Positions 1 to 15,092 of a DNA stretch of 64,000 nucleotides are shown piece by piece. The first letter of the stretch is position 1. Each line of letters starts with the position of its first letter. The translations under genes were made by a program, and so were the position numbers. The notes below the pieces were generated by a model, which saw nothing but the letters and a program-made list of their open reading frames with translations, was not told the DNA's origin and did not search any database. Source of the stretch: the human T2T-CHM13v2.0 reference genome, Homo sapiens. Where the stretch lies: assembly GCF_009914755.1 (NCBI RefSeq), contig NC_060930.1. One strand, written 5' to 3'.

Positions 1-794
1 CTTGAAATACTTCTATGGAAAAGAAAATCTTAAAAGCATTTCAGTTGTCTACATCCAAGGGGGAAGGACAAATCAAAAGCAAATGTCCTTCAGGGATGCT
101 CAGAGATCTTAACACATTTAACTCCACTTAGAAGGACATAAATGTTCTGTGCAAAGACTGTTGAGGGGTTCGTGTAAATGTGATTTTAATGGGATATACG
201 TAGTCAGCATAGTTGTATGAACTGTATATATCTCCTTATATATGTTGGGCGTTTAGTGAATATTTGGTACTGTAGTTTCATTATGATAATACTTGGGTAT
301 CAAAGCAGTTTTCAGCATATGTTAGTACTCTGAACACTAAAATAGACATACTTCTGGTATACTTTAGAAAGCTTTTCTTTAAGAAGGGCTGAAACTTCTC
401 TTTTCAACCAGATTAAAAAAAAATATGTAAGTGTAATATCCCATTCCATGATCATTCCACTTAATATGCTTTTCACTCTTGAGAGTGCACCTTGGTAAGA
501 GGCCCATAATCTTCCCTCCAGAGTGGAGATTTTCCACTAGATAAGACATGGAGAAAAAGAGCGGATATTTACAAATCTGTTTATTGCAGCAGAATGTCTG
601 GGCTACCAGTTCCCCCCAGTAGCATTATTAAGCTTTCACCACATAAGCTTATTGATTGATTAAACAAATTTAGCCTTTCTTTACATCTCGTTGGCTGGAT
701 TTGAAACCTGGGTGCTTTTGTTTTTACTTCAGTAGTGGTTTAAAGAAGGGCGACATTTTCTTTGGTGCTTCTGAGTCCTCTGATAGCTCCGCCT

Positions 795-965
795 AACTTT
801 TCTGGCCAGGGCTGATAAAGGATACTCCCTGGAATGGTCAAGAGCCTCAATTTCTTCATCTTTAGTGGGGGTAACGTTTACTCACAAAATCCGTTAGAAG
901 GATTAAATGCTGTAACATATACTCAAGCCTCTGGCTCACGTTAGGTGCTCAACAAATTGTAGTTC
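795..965 (+). mobile_element. MIR relic
   Basis: gagcctcaatttcttcatct...gaaggattaaatg...ttaggtgctcaacaaa resembles the MIR core and 3' end. Confidence 0.6.
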
Positions 966-1124
966 AAGGCCTTCCTTTCTCCTCTCCCTTAAGATATTTA
1001 ACCCAGCAGTTCCTTATACATACTAGTTCAGCAGATGGATTTACTAAAGTGAGAAAATAGACTCCCAGCTTCTTAACAATTGGGGCAACGTAGACTGCAT
1101 TCTAAGAACCCAAGAACCTGGTAA

Positions 1125-1495
<371 letters not shown>

Positions 1496-1771
1496 TGAGA
1501 TTCTGTGGTTCTTTCCAGAATTTTTACTTTGCATTTTAGAAATCTGTGAATAATCGAAAGCTGCCACTATCCTCTGAGAAAAAGGGTAGGCAAGTGTGAT
1601 CTGTCACTGAATTTTATTCTTCAAATTAGATAAAAAGTGTAAGAAAATTATCAAAGCTAAAAGTTGGCCAATTTTAATTGACAGTCTCTTGTGTAGCCTG
1701 TTTTTTATTTGCTAGACTTGACCTTCCTCAAAACATTTTTCCCTTTTACTTTGTGTTTTTTTCTTTTCTAA

Positions 1772-2203
<432 letters not shown>

Positions 2204-4899
2204 TGAAGAAATATTTGAAAAACCTCTTGTGGCCGATGCTTACTTTTGATTTAGAATTTCTCTCTGAATTGAATTGACCAAGTTCATGTTCAGTTATGCC
2301 AAAGAGCATAACAATCATAAAACTGTCCAAGTGGACACTGTCCCCTCAGTGGACATGTTAAGCAACAATCAAGCCTTTTTCGTCCTATCACTGGTTCTCA
2401 AATTTATGATCTGGTTCATAATTAGTTTTTTATCATTTGGCCAACTGGATGCTAATATTTATAACTTAAGTTTTCTTCTGTTTTAGCAGAGTTGTTGTCA
2501 GTTTGTGTTTTGGAAAGGAAATGCAAAATAAATTTTATCTTTAATGCAAGCAGTACAGTATTTTTGACATATCTTGTTGAGGTATTTCAGCAGCTCAGTC
2601 TTACCGGGTAAAACTGGTGGATGGCAGCAGAATCTGGAACATCGTGCTTGCCCACACTTGAACAGCAGGCAGTGGTGAGAGTGAGAAATTAGGTTAGGGA
2701 AGGTTAGGGATGGGCTTGCTGGGGGTAGGATGACTAGCAGAGAGCTGGCCTCTGCTCCGGAATGCAACATGCCCAGGTGTCCTCTCCCACCATGCCCCTC
2801 GTCTGATGCACTGAGAACTTTGAACAGGTCCTGAGTGTGTGTCCGGTTTAGTTTCATAACTCGAAAGTAGCAAAGTCAAGAGGGAGCCTGACTTCCAGCA
2901 TTAGATCACAAAATGAAACCTGCAGGGAGCTGGCAGCATTTCCACCGTAGCACTTCACAGGGCTTTATACCTTACATTTTTCCGCCTTTGTTTAAATATC
3001 CAACCTGTCCGACCTGTTCGGGCTGAACAAGCTGGTGCTAGCAAACACCGAAGCGTGCCCACTCACTGTCAACCTTTTTCTGATGTGTTAAGGAAGGTGA
3101 TTAGTGGCAACATTGTCCCCCCCCCCCAACCCCCATCCCACCCTCCCCACTGAAACATGAACAGGAAGCACTGAAGTCTTAGCCTGTGTATTCATGACAC
3201 GGATCCTCATCTCACCTTTGGCATGTCTGTGTGCCTGTGGGCCATCCTCAGCTTCTCTTGGGGCTCTGGGATGCTTAGTGGAAAGGTTGTTGGCCTTCAG
3301 TGGAGACAGATTTTGTATTTCCTTAAACCGGAGATTCAGTTGCATAATGGGTTCATTGGTCCTGTGGTGTCAGCACTTAATTCTTCCTTTTCATGCTTAT
3401 ATAACCCAGCTTGCTCAAGAGGACTGCTGTTCCAAGTTTATGGGTGGGAAAACTGAGGTCTGCCATGCTGCAGGTTCTTCTGGGGCCCTCCTCTCCAGTT
3501 TCTGTTGGTAGATGGTGTACTGTTCCTCCCTCGACATCTCTGGAGAACAGAGGCCATGTGTGCACCATGTCCATCCGTTTTAGATAAAAGTGGCTATAGA
3601 CGGCCTTGGTCATACAGAAGGGCTCTGTCGCCTGGTTGGTCTTGGGAGGTGACATTTCTCTTTGGATTCATTTATATTCATTCTCTCTCCAATCTTGGTT
3701 CCCCTTTGCTTGCCAGCAGTTTCTCAGTGGCCCGTAAGTAATATAACACAACATCCCCAGAGTGGGTGGCTTTCCTTTTTCACTACGCTGCTTCTTGCAC
3801 TCGCCCACGGCACCTTCCACTTCCCTTGTGGGCGCATGGCCGACCATCTGGGATGGCCCCACCCGTGCATTTCTTGTTCCTCTTTTGGAACTGGCTGAGG
3901 AGTAGCAGTGACTTAGCACTGCCCTATCATGAAGATAGTCATCTCTTCCTCCTGCACAGAAAGTGAGTAAGTAACTAGGTCCTGCCTTCTTGAAGACACC
4001 TCAAGTGATCGCCTTTCAAGCTGAAGTGGGAAATGGCCCGTGACTTCAGCACTTCCCTCCTCCTACAGAGCTTAGGTGTGGGGATTGGGGTGTATGATTT
4101 TAGTCGTTGCCCTGGGAAGCTGGTCTCTGGTGGCCGGCGATGGCTTCCCTCAGAGGGGACAGCTCTGGGCTCTTGAGATCACTTTGGGAATGATGACTTC
4201 AGTTGGGGCACCATCACCTCAGACTGTAATATGGGGATATTCAGCATCCCTGCTGGGAGAGGCCAGCCATGAGTGTGGGGATTTGGACCCCAGGCTGCAT
4301 GTAAATGTTGAGGAAACTGAGGGAGGTTAGCCTGGGGAAGAAGAAGAGGCCATGGCAACACAGCAGCTGCCCTGAGGTATCTAAGGCCTGTCCGTGGGAA
4401 ATGAGAGCCTTCCACTGATGTCTCTGGACTCACCCAGGAAGGTCCTAGCTGGCCGATTATAGCTCTATGTTAATGAGAGTTCTCTTTGGGTGAGAGGAAC
4501 ATCAATTCATCCAACTTCTGAGGTCTTTTGTTTGTTTTTAAGAATGTCTGACTTTGTATGGACATATTACTATGTATTTTTGTGGATTTTGTAAATAGAT
4601 ATGGGGACCAAATAACATGAAAATTTATTTTAGCAAAACACAAGCAGGCAAGGGAAAAAGACAAGCACAGGAGGATGTAGGGTGTTACTGATTCAAGGGT
4701 AGGGCAGTTAGGAATCATGTCTAGAGTAAAAGATTTTTAAAAGGTTAGTGCTGGTTCATGTGGACTGCCAACACCTCTCTACCCCCTACTGGATCTGAAA
4801 GTCAGGAGAGGAGGAAGGAGCTGTAGAAGCAGCAGAGAAGGGCCCTCAGTTTTCTAAGTAGACAGTCATTAGCAAGAGAATGTCATCCCTCAACCCTTG

Positions 4900-4990
4900 G
4901 CCCAGGAGTTTGAGGCTGCACTGAGCTAGGATTGCACCACTGCACTCTAGCCTGGGTGGTGCAGCAAGATTCTATTTCCAAAAAGAAAAG
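4900..4990 (+). mobile_element. Alu 3' fragment (J/FRAM-like)
   Basis: cccaggagtttgaggctgcactgagc...ccactgcactctagcctggg + A tail. Confidence 0.8.
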
Positions 4991-6767
4991 AATACATATC
5001 CTTCAGGCATTATAATTCTAGCTCAATGCATCATTAAGGAAGTATCTGTACCAAGAATGCAGAAGGGTCTTTACCCAGGACCAAGATAGAAAAGGAACTG
5101 CTGTCTCCAAATACTGCCAAGGAACCTGAGGTAGGAGAGCAGAGATGGTGGTCCAGCCTGGAGAACCGTGACCCCATGCCTGGGTTTGGAGAGAAGCTCT
5201 GGGCTGATGAGCCGTGGAGATTGAGAGTCCACCAAAGCGTTTGCTTATAAGGAACATGAAAATGAACCCCTGGTACTCCTGGACTTCAAATTAAGATTCC
5301 TTAACTTCTGATAAAATTTAACTATCCTTATACTGGCTCCCTTGGAATACCATGCTACAGTCAACAGATGAGAGACGTTCTCTATTCTGGGGACGTATTG
5401 CCCTAGTATTGCAGGGAAAGTGGGGGCTTGTAGAAGACATCCATGCTGTGGAGCATGTGGTCTTTATAGACACCTCCCAGAATGGAGGCAGTAGGAATAA
5501 ACGTCAGTATCAGCCGCAAAGCTTGACTTTGTCATGGCCTCCGTGGGCCATATTGCCCACATCAGAGACTGTGGGATCTAACTGGCCAGTGGTGGTGGCT
5601 GCAGTGTCCGGTGCATTTCACCAGGAGCATCCTGCGAGCCCTGGGAGCTGCCTGGCTGACGGCATTCCCACAGCGAGCCTACAGACTGTGGGTTTACACT
5701 TCATGCCAGGCTGACTTTAGATTTTTCTAAGGGCTGGCTTTGGAGGTCAGCACAGGTGCTTACGCATTGTCTAACCTTCCTCCACACCCTGGGAGAGCTG
5801 GTGTGACCTGCCTTCCGGACAAGCATGACTGAACCCATACAACACCTGAATTACTAGAAGGTGCCTCTGTACTTTACAGGTGGGGCCACACCAGGAATTG
5901 CTCAGTTGCCGCCTTGCTGTCCTCCCCCCGCCTCCTCCCTCTCTGTGTCTGCTCTCCATCCCCCATTTGTTTGCATAGAACTTGATTGGCATTACAAGCA
6001 TCATCCACAGCCCTCCACACTGAACTCCTAGGCATTTGTTAGGAAAACATACACACATCTTTCTAGAATCATACTTTGGCCAGAAATGTAGGTTGTGCAG
6101 CTGTGGGGGTTCTTAATCTTATTCATTCCCTCTTTGTTTATCACAAAGCTTTGTTGGACAAAAAAAAGCGAGCACCAGGTACGGATGGGGATGTCTCTAT
6201 AACCAGGCTGCTAGACCCTGTTTGAACCTGTTGCCTCCAGCTTGGCAGGTCCTGGGCCGTGCTGTGTGTGCTTTGTATACAGTGTCCTGTGTCCTGACGG
6301 AGTGACTTTCCTTACGGTACCATTCACTCAGAGTATCAAAGAAGTTGGCTCCTTCATTAACAGTCCTAGGAGGAAATTGAGACTGAAAAGTTAGCAAATA
6401 CTGGAAGTGTCTAGATTTCTCCTGAGGTTTAACCTTCACATGCAAATTACATACGGGGAGCTTGAAGAATGTCTGAGACCTGCTCTGAGGGCAGCTATGA
6501 CTAAGTAATCTTTGGTTTGGATCACATTTAAACTTGTTGAGAGTTTCCCAAAGGATTTTGCCCCCAAAAGAATTTTAAGAATGTTAAATTTCCCAACTTT
6601 TTGGTTAAGCATTTATGCCTGGTAAACTGATGGAGAGACTGCTGGTATATTGGAAGATGAGTCTGGGAGATGTTTAATGCTGGTATCCAAAAAATGTCAG
6701 TGTCCTGGTCAAATGGTTGACCGAACCTGCAAACGGTGCAGAGAGCTGGAGAAGTTCACTGTGATCC

Positions 6768-6950
6768 CATGGTTCTCACACTTAAGCAGGCTTCAGTATC
6801 ACCTGCAGGGCTTGTGCAAGCCAGACTGCTGGGCCCCGACCCAGCGCTACCAGTCTGCAGGCCTGGGATGGGACTCGGGGGTTTTTATTTGCATGAAGCT
6901 CCCAGGTGGTGCCCATGCTGCTGGTCAGAAGCCTACAGAGTGAACACTGG
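6768..6950 (+). mobile_element. MER5A (hAT-Charlie MITE)
   Basis: Matches recalled consensus: tggttctcacactt...atcacctgcagggcttgt...ctgggcccc...cccaggtggtgcccatgctgctggtc...aacactg. Confidence 0.75.
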
Positions 6951-8049
6951 TGTTCTAGGAGACTGACAGGATTGTCCCCATTTTACCAGTGTGGAAACTG
7001 AAGCTGAGGTAGCCCAAGATTCTCTGGAGTCTCCGTAATTACTAGGTGGCAGAACAGAGATCACACGTCTCAAATGTGTCACTGCTCAGAGACCACCCAA
7101 AAGCTTCATTGCATCACATGGTCTCTGTCTACACCATCTTTCCACCCAGATTCCTGATTGCTGCTCAGAGCAAGCCAGTGCTTGGATAGCTAAGAGCTTT
7201 ACCCCATTCCCAAATCTAATGACTTCCATGCCTAAGGAAGGTCCGCAGAAAGTTCCTGTATTTGGAACTGGAAAGGAGAACATTCAGGGAGGCAGGGAGG
7301 GAGGGTCAGCTTTTAGGGATTGGTCTGTCTCCCTGGAGTTATTGACCAGCCTTCAGCCCTTGCACAGGGTGTACTCTTTGGTTTAACTCTGATGTTTTCA
7401 ATATTCTTACAGACAACCTACCCTGCTAAAATGGACCATCTCAAATTTTAGAAAGCAAATGATTACACTTGTGGGAGAAAAGCCATTTAAGTTGAAAATC
7501 AGCATCTACTCCTAGATTCAAAGTAGGCTCCAGTTGTGCCAAAAAGTGCTCAGATTTGGGGGTTTTTTCCACGTTTAAAAAACATCTGCTATATTTGTGT
7601 TCGTTCATCACTGTAAAAGCCTCTTTGGGTGTTATGAATAGGATAAAACTTCTCTTGACTCCAAAAGTTCTGATAAAATTCCTTCCTAAGACCACAGTGC
7701 GGTAGGATTCCTACTGTTAAAGTGTCATGCTTCCAAAAGAAAATTACAGAATTTTATGGAAAGGCAGAACTCTACTTGGATTTTATATTAACCTCTCTCT
7801 ACAATGAGTGTAGGTATTGTTTTGAATGAACAAACATATGAATTCCAATACGAAAACATTAACACATGTCCTCAGTGTTCATTGTTGGAGTGTTTTCGAT
7901 TGAAGTCCCTTCAGTGTGGCACTGTTCATAATCTCGTGTCATGTTTGCTCACACCAAATTCTAGCAAGGCAAGTTATAAGATGTCCTGGAACCTGAGCGT
8001 GTATGTCATAGTAATACTCTGAGTGAAGCAAACATTTTCTACATATACT

Positions 8050-8740
8050 TCATTCCTTCCTTCCTTCATTTGTCCATTCAGGAATTCAACAAATATTTAT
8101 TTGTTTGTTCTTCCATCCAGCAATTTAGCAGATACTTACTGACCAACACCTATGTGCCACCAGGGCTCGTGCAGAGAACAACATAGACCAGGTTCTTGCT
8201 GTAATGGAACTTACTTTCAACTGAGGGTGAGGGGACAGTCAGACGAGTAAAATACATGATATCTTCAGCTACTGCTGTGTGCTGTGGAGGAAGGAACACT
8301 GAATTGTGGGTGTAAGAGCATCTGCACAAGTAGGGTGTGGGGCCTCAGGGAAGGCTTTGCAGGTGAGGCGCGTGGCACGAAACCTGGACGGCAGGAGCCA
8401 GGCTTGGGAAGGTCTGGGGTGCAGTTTTCCAGGCAGGAGCAGCAAGCATCTTGAGTCCCAGAGGCGGGAACTAGTTGGATGCATTTGAGGGACCCACAGG
8501 GGCTAGTCTGTCTGAAAGAGCTTTGGGATGGAAGAGGGCAGGGTGCTCCACTATTGAAGTCTAGCAGATAGGTGGAAGCCAGATTTATTTTAATTCTAAG
8601 AATGGGACTGTCAGAGGAATTTAAGCAGGGGAGTGGTATGATTGGTCCTGTGTTTTAGATGCTCAGTCTGGCTGCTGGATAGAAAATGGAAAATAAGAGA
8701 GCAAGAGGAAGAGCAGAGGGGCCAGCTTAAGATACTAAGA
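8050..8740 (-). mobile_element. L2 3' fragment
   Basis: ttcattc...attcaacaaatatttatt and acctatgtgcca are typical of the L2 3' end, followed by purine-rich L2-like sequence. Confidence 0.6.
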
Positions 8741-8789
8741 CCAGCTGGTAGGAATTCCTGCCATTGCTAGTGTTTGTGCAATGTATCCA

Positions 8790-9030
8790 TTGAAACATGA
8801 ATCCTTATATATGGATCTTTGCACATTTGTTCAGTTATTAGACCTTAAGACAGATTTCTAGGAGTAGAATTACTGAGGCAAAGAGCATACATATTTAAAA
8901 TTCATATCTCTAGTGCTCAGCCACTTTGCAGAAAGGCAGTCACTCATTTCTACTCTCACCAACGATGGGAGAGTACCAGTCTTCTGAACCACACCAACAC
9001 CGCATATTGTTAATGTAAGACTTTCTCACC
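8790..9030 (-). mobile_element. Old L1M fragment
   Basis: tttctaggagtagaattactgagg...tactctcaccaac resembles antisense L1 ORF2 3' region. Confidence 0.45.
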
Positions 9031-11195
9031 CTCGCCAGTCTGGAAGGTGAAAAGATGCACTGCTCAGGTGCAGAATGGAGGAGATGTGGTTTGATAGCAG
9101 TAAATGAAGGAATCGTGGGGATTGTGATTGACAACAAACTTGGTAGGAACTGAGGGTATAAACACACCCAATGGAACCCACCCAGGCTCCCTTTATGTAC
9201 CTTCTGGAGGTCATAGTGCCAGCCATGTGCCCTGAGCTGTCAGATCACATCCAGACTGGAGTTTGCATCTGGATCCAGCATTTCATGAAGGATACCTGTA
9301 CGCTGGAGAGCATTCCAAGGTTACTTAGGACCAGTATAATTCCACAGACTTGCAAGCAGAGCTTGAGGGGGGCTGTTCACTTTTGAAAAGAGAACGCATT
9401 ACAGAAACGCAGTAGTCCTCTTACACTATTTGAAGAGCTGCCACGCAGATGAGAACATGGACTGATGTTATAACACAGCATCTCCCTTGAGGACAGATAG
9501 ACAGAATTTCTGACTCAATGTGAGGGAGATGGTTTTAACAATTAGAACAGCCAGTGAAAATGGAGAAGTCCTTGTTGGTGGAAGTGTCCAAGCAGAACTA
9601 AATGGTGATGCCTCCAGTCTGCTGTGGAGAGGGACTTTCTATGCAGAGTAGAGGGCTGAATCCCATCCCAGCTCCCTTCCAGTTCATGGGCTCCTTGTCA
9701 TTTATTGACTCTCAGGATGCGTGGAAATTAGACAAATTAGCCCTTGAAATCAACCCTGAGAGAAAGACAAGACCCAAGCCTTCTAAGGATTGGAATACTC
9801 TCTTTCCCACCACCCCTAATTTGTTTTGGCCACAGCTTGAGGGAAGGGGTCATTAGTGTCTCATCATGATGATCCTGGCTGCACTTCCTGTGAGCTTTTG
9901 GGAGGAAATGAACAGCTCCAGTTGCCACTCCTGTTGTTGGAGGCTAGGGAAGCAGAGCAGGGGTCAGAGCAGTGGGGAGAATCTCTCACTACATCAAATC
10001 CATCGTCAGACCTGGCCGGACCCCTCCAACCCTGCAGTTCACCCGTGGGCTGAATTGAGGTTGTCAGTGCAGCTTTTGCTCATCAAGCGGCTGGAAGGAC
10101 AAAGCAGGAACTTCCCATGTTGTACCCGGTAGCTGGGGATTTCACCCTGAAATGGAGCGGTGCTTGTGCTTTTGCACCTGGGGCTCCGGGGCTCAGTGGG
10201 AGAACTGGAGTGAGCCGCTGTCTGTCAGACTGCCTTGGCCTGCTTTGGTCACTCTGCCACTTCTAGGAGTGATGCAGTTCAAGGGCAGCCCTGGTTTTCC
10301 AGACTAAGCCAGAGGCTCTGCAGTCCTTGAGCAAAACTGGAGGTGGGAATGTTCTATGCCTGAGCTGTGGGCTCCTCACCCTCTTCACTTTGGTAGTAAC
10401 TGTGCCACCTTGGGCCACAGTCCACCAGAGAGGAAGTGTCCAGGTTCAGGTTATATCCTTAAGATTCCAGCTGGTGATCCAGAACAGAGTTAACTGACTG
10501 GCGTGGTCTTGGGAGATAGGCTGGGTTTGGGGGAAGAGCATGAGCTCAGAGTTGGTGCACATAGGTCGGCTCAAGCTCTGAGGCTATGGGCAGGTTGGCC
10601 TCCCTGCACCTCAGCTGCCACATCTGCAAAATGGAAATAATGATCTGTCTAAGGTTCCTACTAGGCCCTCAACTAAGTGTTGGCCCCAGTCCCTCCTTTA
10701 TGAAAACAGCTTCTTTCATAAATCCCAAGAACAAAATAATTACCATTTTGTATTTCTATAAATATTGTGTCATATGATTCAAAAGATATAGCTTGAAATG
10801 GGCTCATGAACTGTTTACAGTTGTCAACCTCTAATTTTTAATATTCTCATATCAACTGTAGAAAAGGGCGTGGATTTTGTTAATTAAAATTAATTTTGAG
10901 TAATTTATTGAAAGGGCAGGTTTGATGCTAGTTTACATCTCTTATACTTTCTCAACTCTTAGATGCTTTCTTTAAAATGAGCATTTCTAAAATTGGAGTG
11001 TGAAAAACTTGCCAGCCTTTCTTTTTTGCTCCTAATGCTGATATTGAGGGATGGTGTCCTCAAATCATAATCACTTTGGAATAGAGGTGCTTAGAACAAA
11101 GCTACTTGTTCCCATTAACTTTCACAAGGCTTTAGGAGGCCAAGAACTAAATAATGGTTGTCTGTGATTCTTAATTATTATTCTATTTCTTTCCT

Positions 11196-11358
11196 TTTTT
11201 TTTTTTTTTTTTTGAGACCGGTTCTCAGTCTGTCTCCCAGGCTAGAGTGAAATGACATGGTCATAGCTGACTGCAGCCATGACCTCTTGAGAGCCAATAC
11301 CGTGCCACTGCACTCCAGCCTGGGCGACAGAGCAAGACTCCATCTCAACAACAAAAAA
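11196..11358. mobile_element. Two Alu 3' fragments fused in inverted (tails-out) orientation
   Basis: Minus-strand fragment ~11196-11289 directly abuts plus-strand fragment ~11290-11358. Confidence 0.85.
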
Positions 11359-12425
11359 GGAGAGTACAGCTAAAAAGAGAGCAGAACTTCTTTTCAGAAG
11401 GTTGACAGGATAGCTCATGAAAATTTTGCTGTCTTTCCCTACTCCTGAGAATTTCTCAAGCAAGATAATCCTATAGAATAGTTATTCATAAAAAGCTGTG
11501 GCTATGGTCCTAAATCTGGCACAGTTCAACCACGGCTACGTGATGAGGGTGATGATGATTGTCATTGGCAAAACTAAATCATTTTTATGTTGCAAAATTA
11601 GGAAATTAAAACTCACTATTCATTTGTAATGTCATTCGTTTCCTGTATATCTTGGGACCTTGTTCTTAGAATGTTTGTTTTAGAACTCAATAAAGTAAGG
11701 TCACTTAAGTTGAATAACCCATAAGACTCTCTTTTTGGAGTAGACATGCACATATTTTATGTAATACTTAACTATATGGGTAGCCTAGTCCTGTAGATAT
11801 TAGAGTTACCACATGTAACTTTTTCATTCCACTGTCCGAGTTAACTCTTGTGATCTATAAATCCACATAATACTACGAACAACAGGGAACTGCTTTCAGG
11901 TCTTAAGCACTCTGGACATTTGCTCTGTTAGCATGTCTCAAATTTGACCACCAAAATGCTTCCAAAGCAGAAAAGAGAGATGTGTACAACAGATAGATGG
12001 GCAGTGGGTTCTTGGGGCAAGGATAGCATTATCACTTAGTTTATGAACTAGTGGAACAGTTTAGGTATCTGGGAATTCTTTATTCTATAGAATTCCATGT
12101 CCTAAAATGGTACTTTTTGTCTGCATGAGTGGAACAGGTCACCAGATAGTTTGTTTCATCTTGTTAATGTCAGTTAAGTTCATGAATGTCTTCCAGTGAA
12201 CAGCAAGACATTAAGCAACGCTTTTGGACAGCACTTGTAAGAGCTTTAAGAGAGGTTCAAGGAGATTATAGAGTTTTAAAAAGATAGAAGTCACTGTATA
12301 AATTATACCTCATATCTCTTAACTAAAGAAAATTTAAGTACCAGTGCCTAAATATAAAATATTAAAAACATAAATGAACTGACTTCTTTGTTAGATCACA
12401 TTGTGTGTGTGTTTGTTCTTTTCAG

Positions 12426-12570
12426 ACATATGAAGATCCATGAGAAGGACCCTAACAGTGCCACAGCCACAGCCCCTCCATCTCCTCTGAAACGTAGGCG
12501 ATTGTCCTCCAAGAGGAAACTGAGTCACGATGCCGAGTCAGAGAGAGAAGACCCAGCACCAGCTAAAAAG
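12426..12570 (+). CDS. RREB1: RREB1 coding exon (exon 7 by recalled numbering), 145 nt: end of a C2H2 finger (RHMKIH), PPSP ERK-type site, basic NLS-like [10 protein letters not shown]
   Basis: Acceptor ttcttttcag|ACAT at 12425/12426; donor AAG|gtcctc at 12570/12571; translates (R)[48 protein letters not shown], in frame with the next exon. Confidence 0.93.
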
Positions 12571-12924
12571 GTCCTCTTGGCTCCCAGTGCAGATTCACCT
12601 GCTCAGGGGACTTCTGTCAGAAATACCACTAATCTTTATTTTCTCAGTGTGGAGACTTGGCAGACATACATCCTAAGCTCTTAACGTGTGTTTTCCCATA
12701 CTGTTTCTGTAAAGTGTCTAAGAAAAGAGTACCAGTGTGCACTTCCTCTTGAGCCCCTCTGCTGAGCCCAGAGATGAAATGAAGAGCTTTTACAATTGTT
12801 TCCATGCTTTCTACCTGTTTTTTCTAGCTAAAGCGCAAGCTTCATAAGCATTCGGGACTCTTTTGTCCTCACTTTTTTATTACCAGTGCCTGGCAGATAC
12901 CCGGTGCTGCAAAAGTACTTGTCA

Positions 12925-13017
12925 GGTGGGTGGGAGGGTGGGTGGATGGATGGATGGACAGATGGATGGATGGATGGATGGATGGATGGATGGATGGATG
13001 GATGGATGGATGGATGG
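12925..13017. repeat. (GGAT)n tetranucleotide STR within an L2 3' tail
   Basis: Long GGAT array with GGGT/GGAC variants, flanked by L2-type cagtgcctggca and tgaatgaatgaatg. Confidence 0.92.
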
Positions 13018-13198
13018 TAGCGTTCTGGGAGTATTTGTTGTGTGAATGAATGAATGGTCAGGTCCTTAATAATCAGGATTGGATAATGCAACCCTTGCCT
13101 TTTATTATTGTAAATCTCTGAATTTAGCATTGGCCTCTCTTCCGAAGCCATCCCATGTGGGAGACCTTCATGACTTCACTTTTTTCCTTTTCCCTCAG

Positions 13199-13335
13199 AT
13201 GGTAGAAGACGGGCAGTCAGGTGACTTGGAGAAGAAAGCTGATGAAGTCTTTCACTGCCCAGTATGTTTCAAGGAGTTTGTTTGCAAGTATGGACTGGAG
13301 ACCCACATGGAGACCCATTCAGATAACCCACTAAG
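13199..13335 (+). CDS. RREB1: RREB1 coding exon 8, 137 nt, one C2H2 finger
   Basis: Long pyrimidine tract + cag|ATG; donor AAG|gtagga; [45 protein letters not shown](R). Confidence 0.96.
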
Positions 13336-14708
13336 GTAGGAGAAAGAGTGAACTAGACCTTGTTCATTCCTGTTTCTCCTGGCATGTGACAATGTTCTTA
13401 AGTCCCGTTACTCCACACCGGGCTCCAGTGATTGAACTTGGGCACAACAACATTAGGGAGGCAGTTAAGAAAGTATCGGTGTGGGGAAAAAGTTGGCTGA
13501 GAGTTGTCAGAGGGTGGCTGTATCCACAGGGTGTTCACATGGTTCACTGTGCCTTCTTTCTCTCAGCAAAGCCCCTTGAGTAGTCACCAGTGAGCCCCTG
13601 AACACTGGGGAGTCTGCTATCATGGGTGTTCTTGGACAACAGATAGATTTTCTTCGCAAAAGATGTTGCAACTCAAATGACTATTAGCAATGCATGAATA
13701 TGTGGCCCAAACAGGGACAGCCCACGTGTTGGATACCCCTGGCACAGCACTGGTCCATCATAGGCACTCCGAAGTGTTTGAACTGAGCTGGACCTGATAG
13801 CACAGAAACCTGAGAAGCCATTTTGGGGTCAGAGAAAGTTCTACTTAGTGCAGGACACTTGGCCAAAAATGGAACCTGATATGTTTCAATAAAAAAGTGA
13901 CAGGTGATTGCTCTGCCATCCAGCTTCAATTGTAGGGGCTTCGCAGCTCCAGTGTTTCTGATCCTCAGCCTTGCCAGGCAGAAAACACGGGTAGTGACAG
14001 GACTTCCCACAAGAATTCAGGGGACTCATCTTTCTTTCTTTACCTTCTCTGATAACTCATCAGGCAACCGTTAGTTCTGTATTCTTGATGAGTTGATAGA
14101 TTTGGAAGTTATTCCTAGAGAATTGCCACTTTAAAACTGTTAACTGCCAGAGATTTTAAGCATTGGAAAGAACAAAGAACTACTTAGGAACCCCTGTTGT
14201 CGTTGAGAGACTTGAAAGTAGCCCATCCTGGAAGTCACACACAGCTGCAGGGTCACGAGCACACAGCAGGGCCATACACGCGTGCAGCTTTGGGTTTTAG
14301 AAGACAGCTTGGGAATGCAGGAATTTGGGCATCTGTTTGCCTGAATCCCTGATATATGGACCAGATTTCCTTCTTGAAGACACATGTTTAGCTGTGACTT
14401 AGGAATGGGAAAGTCTGAGCAAGCTGAAGACTTATGTTATAGGGAAAATCCAAATTGTACAGTAACTTGATGCCAGGTCAAATATGATTATCCTTAATCA
14501 CATTAGCCTGACATTTTTCCATTGGTGAGGGAAAAAGGAACTTACGAAGAATTTAAACTGCTGAACAATTGAAGTGCTATAAAATGTCTTTACGGAACTC
14601 CCCAGTCTCAAGAAATTGCCTGATCATTGGGTTGGGCACAGACTGGTTGTCAGGCCTAGACCCCACTCCTCCCTCTGCTCATACAGGACCTCAGCCAGCT
14701 ACATCTGA

Positions 14709-15092
<384 letters not shown>

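Noticed and set aside
9230-9600. Possible CR1/L3 relic
   Set aside because: Resemblance too weak to call without RepeatMasker
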